Source: an uncultured Alphaproteobacteria bacterium
Lineage (GTDB): Bacteria; Pseudomonadota; Alphaproteobacteria; CBDUYM01
Direction: 5' to 3'
Length of the DNA stretch: 64,000 nt
Assembly: GCA_965371465.1 (NCBI GenBank)
Contig: CBDUYM010000006.1
Location: 73,768 to 137,767, forward strand
Part shown: one piece after another, positions 9,538 through 18,901 of the stretch
How the letters are laid out: each line of letters opens with the position of its first letter
Numbering within the stretch: the stretch's first letter is position 1
Notes under the pieces: generated by a model
Databases searched by the model: none
Told to the model about the DNA's origin: nothing
Seen by the model: the letters and a program-made list of their open reading frames with translations, nothing else
Made by a program: the position numbers and the translations under genes

Positions 9538-10689
9538 ATGGCGCTTGATCCTGAAACGCTGCAGCAGCTCCTGGACACGATTAACCGCTTTGTGCGTGAA
9601 CGGCTGGTGCCGCTGGAGGCAGAAGTCGCAGAAGCCGACGAAATGCCGGACGCGATTGTCACCGAGATGCGGGAAATGGGGCTGTTCGGGCTTTCGATCC
9701 CCACTGAATACGGCGGTCTCGGCCTGTCCATGGAAGAAGAAGTGAAAGTGGCCTTCGAGCTTGGTCACACGTCGCCTGCCTTCCGTTCAACTTTCGGGAC
9801 GAACATCGGCATCGGTAGCCAGGGCATTGTCATGGACGGGCGCGAAGATCAAAAGCAGAAGTATCTGCCAAAAATTGCATCGGGCGAAATCATAACGAGC
9901 TTCGCCCTGACCGAGCCCGCAGCCGGGTCAGACGCGGCATCACTTCAGCTGAAAGCCGAAAAAGACGGTGACAACTATGTGCTGAACGGGACCAAGCGCT
10001 TCATCACGAATGCAAACAAGGCTGATCTCTTCACGGTGTTGGCGCGGACTGATCCGGATCGCAAAGGTGCGGGCGGCATTTCGGGCTTTCTGGTCGAGCG
10101 GACATCACCGGGATTGTCCGTTGACAAGCCCTATAAGAAAATGGGCCAGCAGGGCGCTCATATCTGTGACGTGATTTTTGATGACTGCACCATTCCCGGT
10201 GAGGCCCTGATTGGCGACGAGGAGGGCCAGGGATTTCGCACGGCCATGAAAGTTCTCGATCGCGGACGATTGCACCTGAGCGCGGTATGCGTGGGGATAG
10301 CTGATCGCCTGATCGGGGAGGCGGTTACCTATGCTCTCGAACGCGATCAGTTTGGTCAGCCGCTGGCCGATTTTCAGCTCATTCAGGGCATGCTGGCGGA
10401 CTCAAAGACGGATTCCTATGCCGCCCGCACAATGATCCTGGATACGGCCCAAAAGCGGGACCGCGGTGAAGACGTAATCACAGAAGTATCCTGCTCAAAA
10501 TACTTCGCTTCCGAAATGGTTGGCCGCGTGGCCGATCGTGTGGTCCAGATATTTGGCGGAGCAGGCTATGTCTCGGGTGTCGCCGAGCGATTCTATCGCG
10601 ATGTCAGGTTGTTCAGAATCTATGAGGGCACGAGCCAGATCCAGCAGGTGATTATTGCCAGAAACCTTCTAAGGGCCGGGGCTGAGTAG
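9538..10689 (+). CDS. acyl-CoA dehydrogenase
   Basis: 383 aa with typical ACAD N-, middle- and C-domains. GAGGATG RBS. Confidence 0.85.
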   Translation: MALDPETLQQLLDTINRFVRERLVPLEAEVAEADEMPDAIVTEMREMGLFGLSIPTEYGGLGLSMEEEVKVAFELGHTSPAFRSTFGTNIGIGSQGIVMDGREDQKQKYLPKIASGEIITSFALTEPAAGSDAASLQLKAEKDGDNYVLNGTKRFITNANKADLFTVLARTDPDRKGAGGISGFLVERTSPGLSVDKPYKKMGQQGAHICDVIFDDCTIPGEALIGDEEGQGFRTAMKVLDRGRLHLSAVCVGIADRLIGEAVTYALERDQFGQPLADFQLIQGMLADSKTDSYAARTMILDTAQKRDRGEDVITEVSCSKYFASEMVGRVADRVVQIFGGAGYVSGVAERFYRDVRLFRIYEGTSQIQQVIIARNLLRAGAE

Positions 10690-10769
10690 GCTGCCAATCT
10701 TCTGTATTTTGCGACTGGTTCTCAATAGGAGATGCAGCTAACCTCGGCTTCAAGGAGGCCCGCGAGCCC

Positions 10770-11750
10770 ATGTCTGAACTGAGTGTTGATGTTCGTGATC
10801 TGACTAAAGTCTACAAGGTGCCGGTGCGTGAGGCCGGTATGGCAGCGGCGATCAAGAGCCTGGTCAACCGGAAGACGCGCGATGTCGAAGCCGTCAAGAA
10901 CATCTCCTTTGAAGTTGAGCCAGGTGAGATCGTCGGCTTTCTTGGACCGAACGGGGCAGGAAAGACGACAACGCTGAAGATGCTGTCCGGCCTTCTCTAT
11001 CCAACCAGCGGCGAAGCCTTTGTGCTTGGCCATGTACCGTCCAAACGCCCGCGCGAACTTTTGCGGCAGATCACGCTTGTCATGGGTCAGCGCAATCAGC
11101 TCATGTGGGATATTCCCGTTATCGACTCATTCCTTCGCAATCAGGCGATCTACGGATTGCCTGACAGCCAGTACAGGGAAGCTCTCGGCGAGCTGACGGA
11201 ACTGCTCGCGCTCCAGGACCTCGTCAATAAGCCTGTGCGAAATCTTTCCCTCGGTGAGCGGATGAAGTGTGAAGTGGCAGCAGCGCTGCTGCATGGACCT
11301 CGTGTGCTGTTTCTCGATGAACCGACGCTGGGCCTTGATGTAACGTCGCAACGCCGGCTTCGTGAGTTCATCGATATCTATAACAAGCAGTACGGCGCGA
11401 CGGTCCTGCTGACGAGCCACTATATGGCCGATGTGGAGGCCCTTTGTAAGCGCGTCATCGTCATTCACATGGGGCAGCTGCTGTATGACGGTCAGCTCAG
11501 TGGACTGATTGCAAGATTTGCCGCCCATAAGACAATTTCGGTCGATGTCGGAGAAGATGGCGCTGATCTCGCTCGCTTTGGCGAGGTGATCTCCCAGGAG
11601 GGTGGCAGGATCATGCTGCGTGTGTCGAAGCAGGATACGCCGAGGATTACAGCCGAAATTCTGCAGAATATGAAGGTCAACGACCTGAGCGTTGAGGACC
11701 CGCCGATTGAAGAAGTTATAGATCGGGTTTTTTCGGAAGCGGGGTCATGA
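10770..11750 (+). CDS. ABC transporter ATP-binding protein (ABC-2 type)
   Basis: Walker A GPNGAGKTT, signature LSLGERMK, Walker B LLFLDEPT. AAGGAGG RBS. Confidence 0.85.
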   Translation: MSELSVDVRDLTKVYKVPVREAGMAAAIKSLVNRKTRDVEAVKNISFEVEPGEIVGFLGPNGAGKTTTLKMLSGLLYPTSGEAFVLGHVPSKRPRELLRQITLVMGQRNQLMWDIPVIDSFLRNQAIYGLPDSQYREALGELTELLALQDLVNKPVRNLSLGERMKCEVAAALLHGPRVLFLDEPTLGLDVTSQRRLREFIDIYNKQYGATVLLTSHYMADVEALCKRVIVIHMGQLLYDGQLSGLIARFAAHKTISVDVGEDGADLARFGEVISQEGGRIMLRVSKQDTPRITAEILQNMKVNDLSVEDPPIEEVIDRVFSEAGS

Positions 11751-12550
11751 GCTACTGGCTGAACCTCTATAACGCCATGTTCAAGGTGTCGTTCCTTGGC
11801 CAGATACAGTATCGCGCATCTGGTTTTATCTGGATGCTCGGCGGCATTATCTACCCTCTCATATTCCTTGTTGTCTGGGGTTCGGTGGCAGAGGCCCAGG
11901 GCGGCGAAGTGGATGGAATTTCGGCGGGCGAGTTTGCAGCCTATTACATCACCTTCATGGTTGTGAACCAGATGACATTCACGTGGATCATGAATACCTT
12001 CCAGTTTCGTATTCAGTTCGGCTCCATGTCGATGGAACTCTTGAGGCCTATTCATCCGATCCATGTCGATATCACGGATAACCTCGCCTACAAGCTTTTC
12101 AACCTGATCATCACCGTACCTGCAGTGCTGGCCCTGATCTGGCTTTTCAGCCCGGTATGGAATGTGACGATGAATTCCTTTCTGATTGCCATACCGGCGC
12201 TGGTGCTTGGCTTCATAGGGCGCTTCTGCCTTGAATGGGCGTTGTCCCTGACAGCGTTCTGGTTCACGCGGATCACGGCGGTGAACGAGTCCTATTTCGC
12301 TCTTCGGATGCTGGCATCGGGGCAGGTCGCGCCCCTGTCGATTATGCCGGGCTGGGCGGCGGCCATCGCCTGGGGGTCGCCATTCTACTGGTCCACAGGC
12401 TTTGTTGTTGATGTCTTCCTGAACCGGGTGCCGCCCGACGAGATATGGGCCGGCTTTGGCATGCAGGCTCTGTGGATCCTGATTACGTTTGCCCTTATGG
12501 CAACGCTGTGGCGCATTGCCATCAAAACATTCTCCGCGGTCGGTAATTAG
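11747..12550 (+). CDS. ABC-2 family transporter permease
   Basis: 267 aa polytopic membrane protein overlapping the ATPase stop by 4 nt. Confidence 0.7.
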   Translation: MSYWLNLYNAMFKVSFLGQIQYRASGFIWMLGGIIYPLIFLVVWGSVAEAQGGEVDGISAGEFAAYYITFMVVNQMTFTWIMNTFQFRIQFGSMSMELLRPIHPIHVDITDNLAYKLFNLIITVPAVLALIWLFSPVWNVTMNSFLIAIPALVLGFIGRFCLEWALSLTAFWFTRITAVNESYFALRMLASGQVAPLSIMPGWAAAIAWGSPFYWSTGFVVDVFLNRVPPDEIWAGFGMQALWILITFALMATLWRIAIKTFSAVGN

Positions 12551-12558
12551 GGGCGGCT

Positions 12559-13347
12559 ATGGGCAACGTCTGGCGTCTCATAAAAGTCTATTTCAGAGTC
12601 GGTGTGCTCAGCGAGACCGCGTATCGCGCAAACTTCTGGATTCAGCTGATCCAGACATTCTCGGACTATCTGCTGACCTTCGGTACAGTTGCCATTGTGT
12701 TTAGCCAGACCGATGAGCTGGCGGGCTGGCAGAGCATGGAACTGGTGACATTGTTGGGCGTCTATTTCCTTATCCGCGCTGTGGTCAATCTTGTCGTGCA
12801 GCCCAGTCTTGGTGTGTTTATGGAAGGGGTGCGGGATGGCATGCTCGACTATACTCTGACCAAGCCCGCTGACTCCCAGTTGCTGATCAGCATTTCAGAG
12901 TTTCGAGTATGGAAACTGATTGATGTGGTATTTGCCCTCGGTGTCGCCTTCACAGCGCTCTATCTCCACGCTGGCACAGTGGGCTGGATCCAGGCAGGGG
13001 CTTTTGGCATCACGCTGTTTTCGGGTGCTGCTATTGTCTATGCGGTTCTGCTGATGCTGGCGACATTGTCGTTCTGGTTCATCCGGGTCGAGAACATTAT
13101 GCAGATTTTCTGGTCCATGTTCCTCACCGGACGCTGGCCGGTTACCATTTATCCGGCCTGGCTGCGCTGGGTTGTAACCTTTGTTGTGCCCATCGCATTT
13201 GCCGTCACCGTGCCGGCAGAAGCTGTCACGGGCCGAATGAATGTAACATCAATGTTCGGCTCGATCGGTTTGGCGGTCCTGCTGTTGATAGTTTCCCGAT
13301 TGTTCTGGAAGACCGGCATCAAGCATTATTCGGGCGCTTCTGCCTAG
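12559..13347 (+). CDS. ABC-2 family transporter permease (second subunit)
   Basis: 262 aa polytopic membrane protein, paralogous to the upstream permease. Confidence 0.7.
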   Translation: MGNVWRLIKVYFRVGVLSETAYRANFWIQLIQTFSDYLLTFGTVAIVFSQTDELAGWQSMELVTLLGVYFLIRAVVNLVVQPSLGVFMEGVRDGMLDYTLTKPADSQLLISISEFRVWKLIDVVFALGVAFTALYLHAGTVGWIQAGAFGITLFSGAAIVYAVLLMLATLSFWFIRVENIMQIFWSMFLTGRWPVTIYPAWLRWVVTFVVPIAFAVTVPAEAVTGRMNVTSMFGSIGLAVLLLIVSRLFWKTGIKHYSGASA

Positions 13348-13772
13348 TCTCTGAGGTCAACTCCATATTCCAGGTATGCCTTCATGGCGTCCACCATTGC
13401 TTGCCAGCCTCGTATGTTGCTGGCAAAAAATCCAAGACCTTGTTCGTCCTCCCGGAAGCCTTCTTCGCTGATTTCAAGCAGTGTTGAGCCGCCATCAAGG
13501 TCGGAAAAGGTGAGTGTGACCCTTGTGCTATAGGCGTCGTCAGGCATGAGCCACTCAATCGTGATTTTCTGGTTTTCTATGAAGTCCTTCACCTCGACCG
13601 GATGCCTGCCGGGGGCGTTGTGCCATTCCCACAGGACTTTCGCGCCCTTGCTGAGCGGGCCGCTTGAAGCGCTGGTGAAATACCGGTTGAGTTGATCAGG
13701 CTCCGTCACGGCCTTGAAGACCTGGTCACGGGGCTTGTTAATTCGGGTAGTCACGGCAACTTTCATTTCCAT
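13344..13772 (-). CDS. SRPBCC family protein (Activator-of-Hsp90-ATPase/AHSA1-like)
   Basis: 142 aa with the typical AHSA1/SRPBCC N-terminus INKPRDQVFKAVTEPDQLNRYF. Confidence 0.7.
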   Translation of the reverse strand: MEMKVAVTTRINKPRDQVFKAVTEPDQLNRYFTSASSGPLSKGAKVLWEWHNAPGRHPVEVKDFIENQKITIEWLMPDDAYSTRVTLTFSDLDGGSTLLEISEEGFREDEQGLGFFASNIRGWQAMVDAMKAYLEYGVDLRD

Positions 13773-13798
13773 AACGATTTCTCCGCTGTCTGTTGGCC

Positions 13799-14227
13799 TT
13801 ACTTACGAAGATCAATGCCGTATTCGGTCCATGCTTTCAGGGCATCGACGGTCATCTGCCATCCGATTGATCGGCCGTGAGATGCTCTTGTGCCCTCCGT
13901 ATCATCATTGAAACCTGTCTCCGTGATGGTGAGAAGGGTCTGATTTCCGGCAATTTCTGAGAAATCGAGCGTAACGGCGGTTCTGTCGCCATCGTAATTG
14001 ACGAACCATGTAAAGACGATTTTCTCGTTCTCGATGAACTCCTTGACCGCGATCTTGTTGGTTACGTCTTCATCTGCAAAGTGCCAGGTAACTTTCGCGC
14101 CGGGGGCCAGGGGGCCGCTGGTTTCAGTCATGAAATACCTGTTGATCTCATCGGGCTCGACAACAGCACGAAAGACCGTGGCCACCGGTTTGTTGATCCT
14201 GGTGCTGACGGCGACGGGCATATCCAT
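13799..14227 (-). CDS. SRPBCC family protein (AHSA1-like, paralog)
   Basis: 142 aa paralog (INKPVATVFRAVVEPDEINRYF). Confidence 0.7.
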   Translation of the reverse strand: MDMPVAVSTRINKPVATVFRAVVEPDEINRYFMTETSGPLAPGAKVTWHFADEDVTNKIAVKEFIENEKIVFTWFVNYDGDRTAVTLDFSEIAGNQTLLTITETGFNDDTEGTRASHGRSIGWQMTVDALKAWTEYGIDLRK

Positions 14228-14242
14228 AACGTCATCCTCCTG

Positions 14243-14269
14243 TTGACAGCAGCTACTATATGTTATAAT
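14243..14269 (+). promoter_or_regulatory. candidate sigma70-like promoter for arsR-family gene (TTGACA-15-TATAAT)
   Basis: Exact TTGACA at 14243-14248 and exact TATAAT at 14264-14269, but with a short 15-nt spacer. TATAAT ends 8 nt before the ATG, suggesting a leaderless or very short leader. An AT-rich imperfect inverted repeat ATGTTATAA-TTTAATAACAT overlaps it. Confidence 0.35.
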
Positions 14270-14277
14270 TTAATAAC

Positions 14278-14598
14278 ATGACAAGCGGAAAAGATGACAG
14301 CATTTTCAAGGCGTTAGCGGATCACACACGCAGAACTATTCTGGATCTGGTGAAAGACGGCCCGAAAACCACAGGGGATCTGTGCCACGCATTCCCAAAG
14401 CTTGATCGCTGTACGGTGATGATGCACCTCAGTCAGCTCGAAAATGCTGAACTTGTCATCGCAAAGCGCCAGGGGCGATATCGCTGGAACTATCTGAATG
14501 TCGTCCCCGTCCAGAACATCTATGAACGCTGGATCAGCCAGTACGCCGCGCCTTCAGCGGCTCTTCTCACCCGGATCAGTGCCGATCTGGACGGCTAA
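14278..14598 (+). CDS. ArsR/SmtB family transcriptional regulator
   Basis: 106 aa with the HTH HTRRTILDLVKDGPKTTGDLCHAF. Divergent from the SRPBCC genes, a common arrangement. Confidence 0.8.
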   Translation: MTSGKDDSIFKALADHTRRTILDLVKDGPKTTGDLCHAFPKLDRCTVMMHLSQLENAELVIAKRQGRYRWNYLNVVPVQNIYERWISQYAAPSAALLTRISADLDG

Positions 14599-14743
14599 TC
14601 GCTCCTCAGATTGATTTGTGGCAGCTGATCGGGATTTGATTTGGCTCATTGGCTCGATCTGACCCGTCACTACACTCCTGATTCTCTCTCGGCTGTGCCG
14701 ACGGCCTGGCCGTGGAAGACAACTCGCGTGGGGGAGCACAGAA

Positions 14744-16003
14744 ATGAGCCTTGCTGAAGATCTTGCACCGCAATACACCGCCCTGCCGGCCCTGGGGCTT
14801 GAACTGCCATTCAATGAAACTGAGGCGCTGATCTACGAGACCGTGCATCGCTTCGCCCGTGACGTGATGCGGCCCGCAGGCAGAATACTTGACCGCATGA
14901 GCCCGGAAGATGTGATCGCGGAAGGATCGCCGCTCTGGGATGTGACCAGGCAATATCGCGAGCTTGGCTTTGGTGTCGGCGATGTCGGCGACGATGAAAT
15001 CTCTGATCCGGCGGCACCCAATCGTATCCAAGCCATAGTGGCGGAAGAGCTTGGCTGGGGCGACGCAGGCCTAGCCATTTCGCTCACTGTGTCTGGTATG
15101 CCAGCGCTGCCGGCGATGTGGGGACATGCGGAACTGGTGCAGGAACTTGCACTTGGCAAAATCGGCTGCTGGGCGATCACAGAACCTGATCACGGCTCGG
15201 ACATGCTGGATGTCTCGAGAGCTGGCTTCTCCCAGGATGGCAATTACAGGGGCCCGAACTGCATCGTCCGGATCAAGGGCAATGAAATCGTTGTCAGCGG
15301 CCAGAAGTCTGCCTGGGTGTCGAACGGATCTATTGCCGAAGTGGCGCTTCTATTCAGTGCTGTTGATCGCGGCAACGGCCCGGACGCTGGTGGCGTATTC
15401 CTGATCCCGCTCGATGCCAAAGGGGTCAGCCGTGGCAAGCCACTCGACAAACTTGGTCAGCGCGCCCTTAATCAGGGCGAGATATTCTTCGATAATGTAA
15501 CGCTGCCAATCTCATGCATGGTGCGCCCACCGGAAGAATATGAACAGGCGGTTTATGACACGCTCTGCACTGCGAACGCCGGCATGGCAACCATGTTCAC
15601 CGGTACGGCACGTGCAGCATACGAAGTTGCTCTCGATTATGCGCATGACCGGAGGCAAGGCGGCGCGCCCATCATCAGACATCAGCACGTGCGGTATCGG
15701 CTTTTTCACATGTTCCGCCAGGTCGAAATGTCGAGAGCGCTGGCGCGTCGTGTCTCTGCTTACAACGCCCAAGCCGATCATCGCGCCCTTGAAGGTGCAA
15801 TTGCCGCCAAGGTGACAGCGACGCAGACGGCCTTTGATGTTGCGAGCGAGGCTGTCCAGATGCTGGGCGGCAATGGGCTTACACGGGCCTATGAAACTGA
15901 AAAAATTCTGCGCGATGCTCGCGCTTCCATGATTGAAGACGGCTGCAATGAGCTTCTTGCCATCAAAGGCGGCACTTGTCTGATGAACCCGGATTATCTC
16001 TGA
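14744..16003 (+). CDS. acyl-CoA dehydrogenase family protein
   Basis: 419 aa ACAD fold. GGGGGAG RBS. Confidence 0.8.
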   Translation: MSLAEDLAPQYTALPALGLELPFNETEALIYETVHRFARDVMRPAGRILDRMSPEDVIAEGSPLWDVTRQYRELGFGVGDVGDDEISDPAAPNRIQAIVAEELGWGDAGLAISLTVSGMPALPAMWGHAELVQELALGKIGCWAITEPDHGSDMLDVSRAGFSQDGNYRGPNCIVRIKGNEIVVSGQKSAWVSNGSIAEVALLFSAVDRGNGPDAGGVFLIPLDAKGVSRGKPLDKLGQRALNQGEIFFDNVTLPISCMVRPPEEYEQAVYDTLCTANAGMATMFTGTARAAYEVALDYAHDRRQGGAPIIRHQHVRYRLFHMFRQVEMSRALARRVSAYNAQADHRALEGAIAAKVTATQTAFDVASEAVQMLGGNGLTRAYETEKILRDARASMIEDGCNELLAIKGGTCLMNPDYL

Positions 16004-16027
16004 ACGTAGGTTTGAGGAGAAACTGAC

Positions 16028-17263
16028 ATGAAAATGAATGCCTATATCGCTGGCACAGGGATGACCGACTTCGGCAAGTTTCTGGAGCGTCCGCTGAGCT
16101 CACTCACAGTGGAAGCCATGGAAGAGGCGTTGAAAGATGCCGGCATTGAGGGCAGCGATCTTGAAGCCGCCTGGATGGGGAACGCCGCCGCCGGGGCGAC
16201 AATTGGTCAGGTCTGTGTGCCGGGCCAGATCGCGCTCAGGCGTATCGGCATTGGCAAGATCCCTGTCGTGAACGTCGAAAACGCCTGTGCGTCATCTTCG
16301 ACGGCGGTTCACCAGGCAGCAGCCATGGTGACAGCCGGTGCCTATGACATCGTGCTCGCGACCGGATTTGAAAAACTTTACAGCACAGACAAGGCCACAA
16401 CGTTCCGCGTGTTCGGCGGCGCCATTGATGTGGAAGAGGCCGCCCAGGTGATGAAGACGCTTGAAGAAAATGCCAAAAAACAGGGCGCCAAAGACGGCGT
16501 CAAGGGTGCGGGCGAGAACCGATCCATATTCATGGATATCTATGCTTCTGCGGCCAGAAGCTATATGGCGCGTTACGGCGCGACGGTCGAACATTTCGCC
16601 GAAATCACCGCCAAGAATTCTTTCCACGGCAGTATGAACCCCCATGCCCAGTTCAAAGACAGGATGACGGTTGAAGAGGTGCTGGCCGGGCGCATGGTGT
16701 CAGATCCGTTGCGCCTGGCAATGTGTTCGCCGATCGGCGATGGCGCTGCGGCGACGGTCATTATGAGCGAGCGTAAGGTTCGGGAGCTCGGCATCAAAGA
16801 TCCGGTGAAAGTGGAAGCTGCGGTTCTCGCCAGTGGCTGGGACAGGACAGAAGGCGACAATGAAAGCGTGCCCGCATATGCGGCCCGGACAGCCTATGAA
16901 TTTGCCGGGATCGGCCCTGAAGACATCGATGTGATCGAGCTTCATGACGCAACATCGCCGGCCGAGCTGATCTGCTACGAACAACTTGGCATCTGTAAGC
17001 CTGAAGACGCGATCAAGCTGGTCGAAGACGGTGATACAACGCTCGGCGGACGCGTTCCCGTGAACACCTCAGGCGGGCTCGCCCGCAAGGGCCACCCCAT
17101 TGGCGCGACCGGGGCGGCGCAAATTGTCGAGCTTGCCCAGCAGTTACGTGGCCGCTGTGGAGATCGTCAGGTCGAAGGTGCGAAGGTCGGTGTTGCTGAA
17201 AACGGCGGCGCCTTTATCAAGGGCGACGTGGCGGCCCTGACCGTAACCGTGCTGTCGGTCTGA
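16028..17263 (+). CDS. thiolase-like protein (SCP-x type / lipid-transfer protein family)
   Basis: 411 aa, thiolase N/C domains with the active-site Cys context NVENACASS, resembling non-specific lipid-transfer (SCP-x) thiolases. Confidence 0.75.
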   Translation: MKMNAYIAGTGMTDFGKFLERPLSSLTVEAMEEALKDAGIEGSDLEAAWMGNAAAGATIGQVCVPGQIALRRIGIGKIPVVNVENACASSSTAVHQAAAMVTAGAYDIVLATGFEKLYSTDKATTFRVFGGAIDVEEAAQVMKTLEENAKKQGAKDGVKGAGENRSIFMDIYASAARSYMARYGATVEHFAEITAKNSFHGSMNPHAQFKDRMTVEEVLAGRMVSDPLRLAMCSPIGDGAAATVIMSERKVRELGIKDPVKVEAAVLASGWDRTEGDNESVPAYAARTAYEFAGIGPEDIDVIELHDATSPAELICYEQLGICKPEDAIKLVEDGDTTLGGRVPVNTSGGLARKGHPIGATGAAQIVELAQQLRGRCGDRQVEGAKVGVAENGGAFIKGDVAALTVTVLSV

Positions 17264-17284
17264 CAGAAAAGCAGTGATCTTTTC

Positions 17285-18880
17285 ATGGCCATTGGAACAG
17301 AACTGATCCTCGCCCATATGATCCGCGCCAGGGCTGACGAGATGCCAGAGCGCGATGTAACCACATTCGTCAGTATTGACGACGATGGCGTGTTTCATGA
17401 CGAGGTCCGGACCTATCAGAGTCTCTGGGACAACGCCCAGCGCATGAGTGTGATGCTGAAAGAAAAAGGCATGAAGCCGGGCGACAGCTTCGGCCTCGTC
17501 ATGCAGAACCATCCCGAGTTTGTCGAAGCGATGATCGCCGCATCAATCACGAATACGGTTTTCGTGCCCATTGATGCACGAACAAGGGGAGAGAAGCTGG
17601 CCTATATGCTTGGCTTCGCCGAATGCAGGGGAGTCATTGTCGCTGACTATGCGGTCGCCAACCTGGCTGCTGTGCGACCGGACCTGCCGGACCTCGAATG
17701 GGTCACGGTCATGAAGAGCGGCGAGGCGGCAATTGAAGCAGACGGGCCAACCCTTGCCGACTATCTCACAAAAGCTGTGCCCGATCTGCCAATTGAAGCA
17801 AACGATCCGCTCGAGCCCATGCAAATGCTCTACACATCCGGCACAACGGGTGACCCAAAAGCCATTCTGACACCGCACGGGAAATATGGCGGTTCGGCGG
17901 GCCTTGGATACGTCCTTGGTCTCACGAAGGATGATCGGCCGTATACCGGGCTGTCGCTCACTCATGCAAATGCACAGATTGTGACGCTGGCAAGTGTTCT
18001 CGGCATGGGCATGCGTGGCATCATCAGCAGAAAGTTTACAAAATCGAGATTCTGGGACGTCTGCCGAGCATACGGTGCAACGACTTTCAATCTGCTGGGA
18101 GGTATGACTACCGGGCTCTATAGCGAGCCAAGGCAAGCGAATGATGCCGACAATCCGGTGCGCATGGTTTGCAGTGCGGGCATGCCGGCGGCGATCTGGG
18201 AAGACTTTGCCAAGCGGTTCGATGTCGAGATCTTTGAATTTTACGGCACGGCTGAAGGCGGCATGCTGATGAATCCGCCTGGTGTTGGACCGGTTGGCAG
18301 TATCGGCAAACCGCCCCCTGGCTCCATCGCGCGCATCGTCGATGAGGACGACATTGAGTGCCCGCCTGGTGTCGAGGGCGAGATCGTGTTTCAGAACGCT
18401 GATGGTACATCGGCGCCTGTCACCTATTTCAAAAACAAGCAGGCGTCGGGTGAAAAGACAGCCGGAAACTGGTTTCGTTCCGGCGATATTGGTCACACGG
18501 ATGAAGAAGGTTGGTTCTATTTTGATTATCGACGCGGCGGCGGCATTCGGCACAACGGTGACTTTGTAAACCCGGGCTTCGTCGAAAAAGCCGTGGGCTC
18601 AAGCAAGATGATTTCCGACGTCTATGTCTACGGCATCGAAGCGGCTTCCGGCGCGCCTGGTGAAAAAGACGTGGTCGCCGCCGTCGTCCTGCAGTCCGGT
18701 GTGCTCTTCGATGCGGCCGGTCTCTACAGGACTTGCCGGGAAGGCCTGGAACCTAATTTTGTGCCCAGTTTCATTCAGGTTCTCGACGAAATTCCGAAAA
18801 CAGCATCTGAAAAACCCCAGGACCGCTTTCTCATCGAAATGTTTGATGTCGAAGCGCCCAACATTTATCGCGAACATTAG
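17285..18880 (+). CDS. AMP-dependent acyl-CoA synthetase/ligase
   Basis: AMP-binding motif LYTSGTTGDPKAI and conserved C-terminal domain. Confidence 0.85.
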   Translation: MAIGTELILAHMIRARADEMPERDVTTFVSIDDDGVFHDEVRTYQSLWDNAQRMSVMLKEKGMKPGDSFGLVMQNHPEFVEAMIAASITNTVFVPIDARTRGEKLAYMLGFAECRGVIVADYAVANLAAVRPDLPDLEWVTVMKSGEAAIEADGPTLADYLTKAVPDLPIEANDPLEPMQMLYTSGTTGDPKAILTPHGKYGGSAGLGYVLGLTKDDRPYTGLSLTHANAQIVTLASVLGMGMRGIISRKFTKSRFWDVCRAYGATTFNLLGGMTTGLYSEPRQANDADNPVRMVCSAGMPAAIWEDFAKRFDVEIFEFYGTAEGGMLMNPPGVGPVGSIGKPPPGSIARIVDEDDIECPPGVEGEIVFQNADGTSAPVTYFKNKQASGEKTAGNWFRSGDIGHTDEEGWFYFDYRRGGGIRHNGDFVNPGFVEKAVGSSKMISDVYVYGIEAASGAPGEKDVVAAVVLQSGVLFDAAGLYRTCREGLEPNFVPSFIQVLDEIPKTASEKPQDRFLIEMFDVEAPNIYREH

Positions 18881-18901
18881 AGGCCCCGAAAGGATCCCAT
18901 C

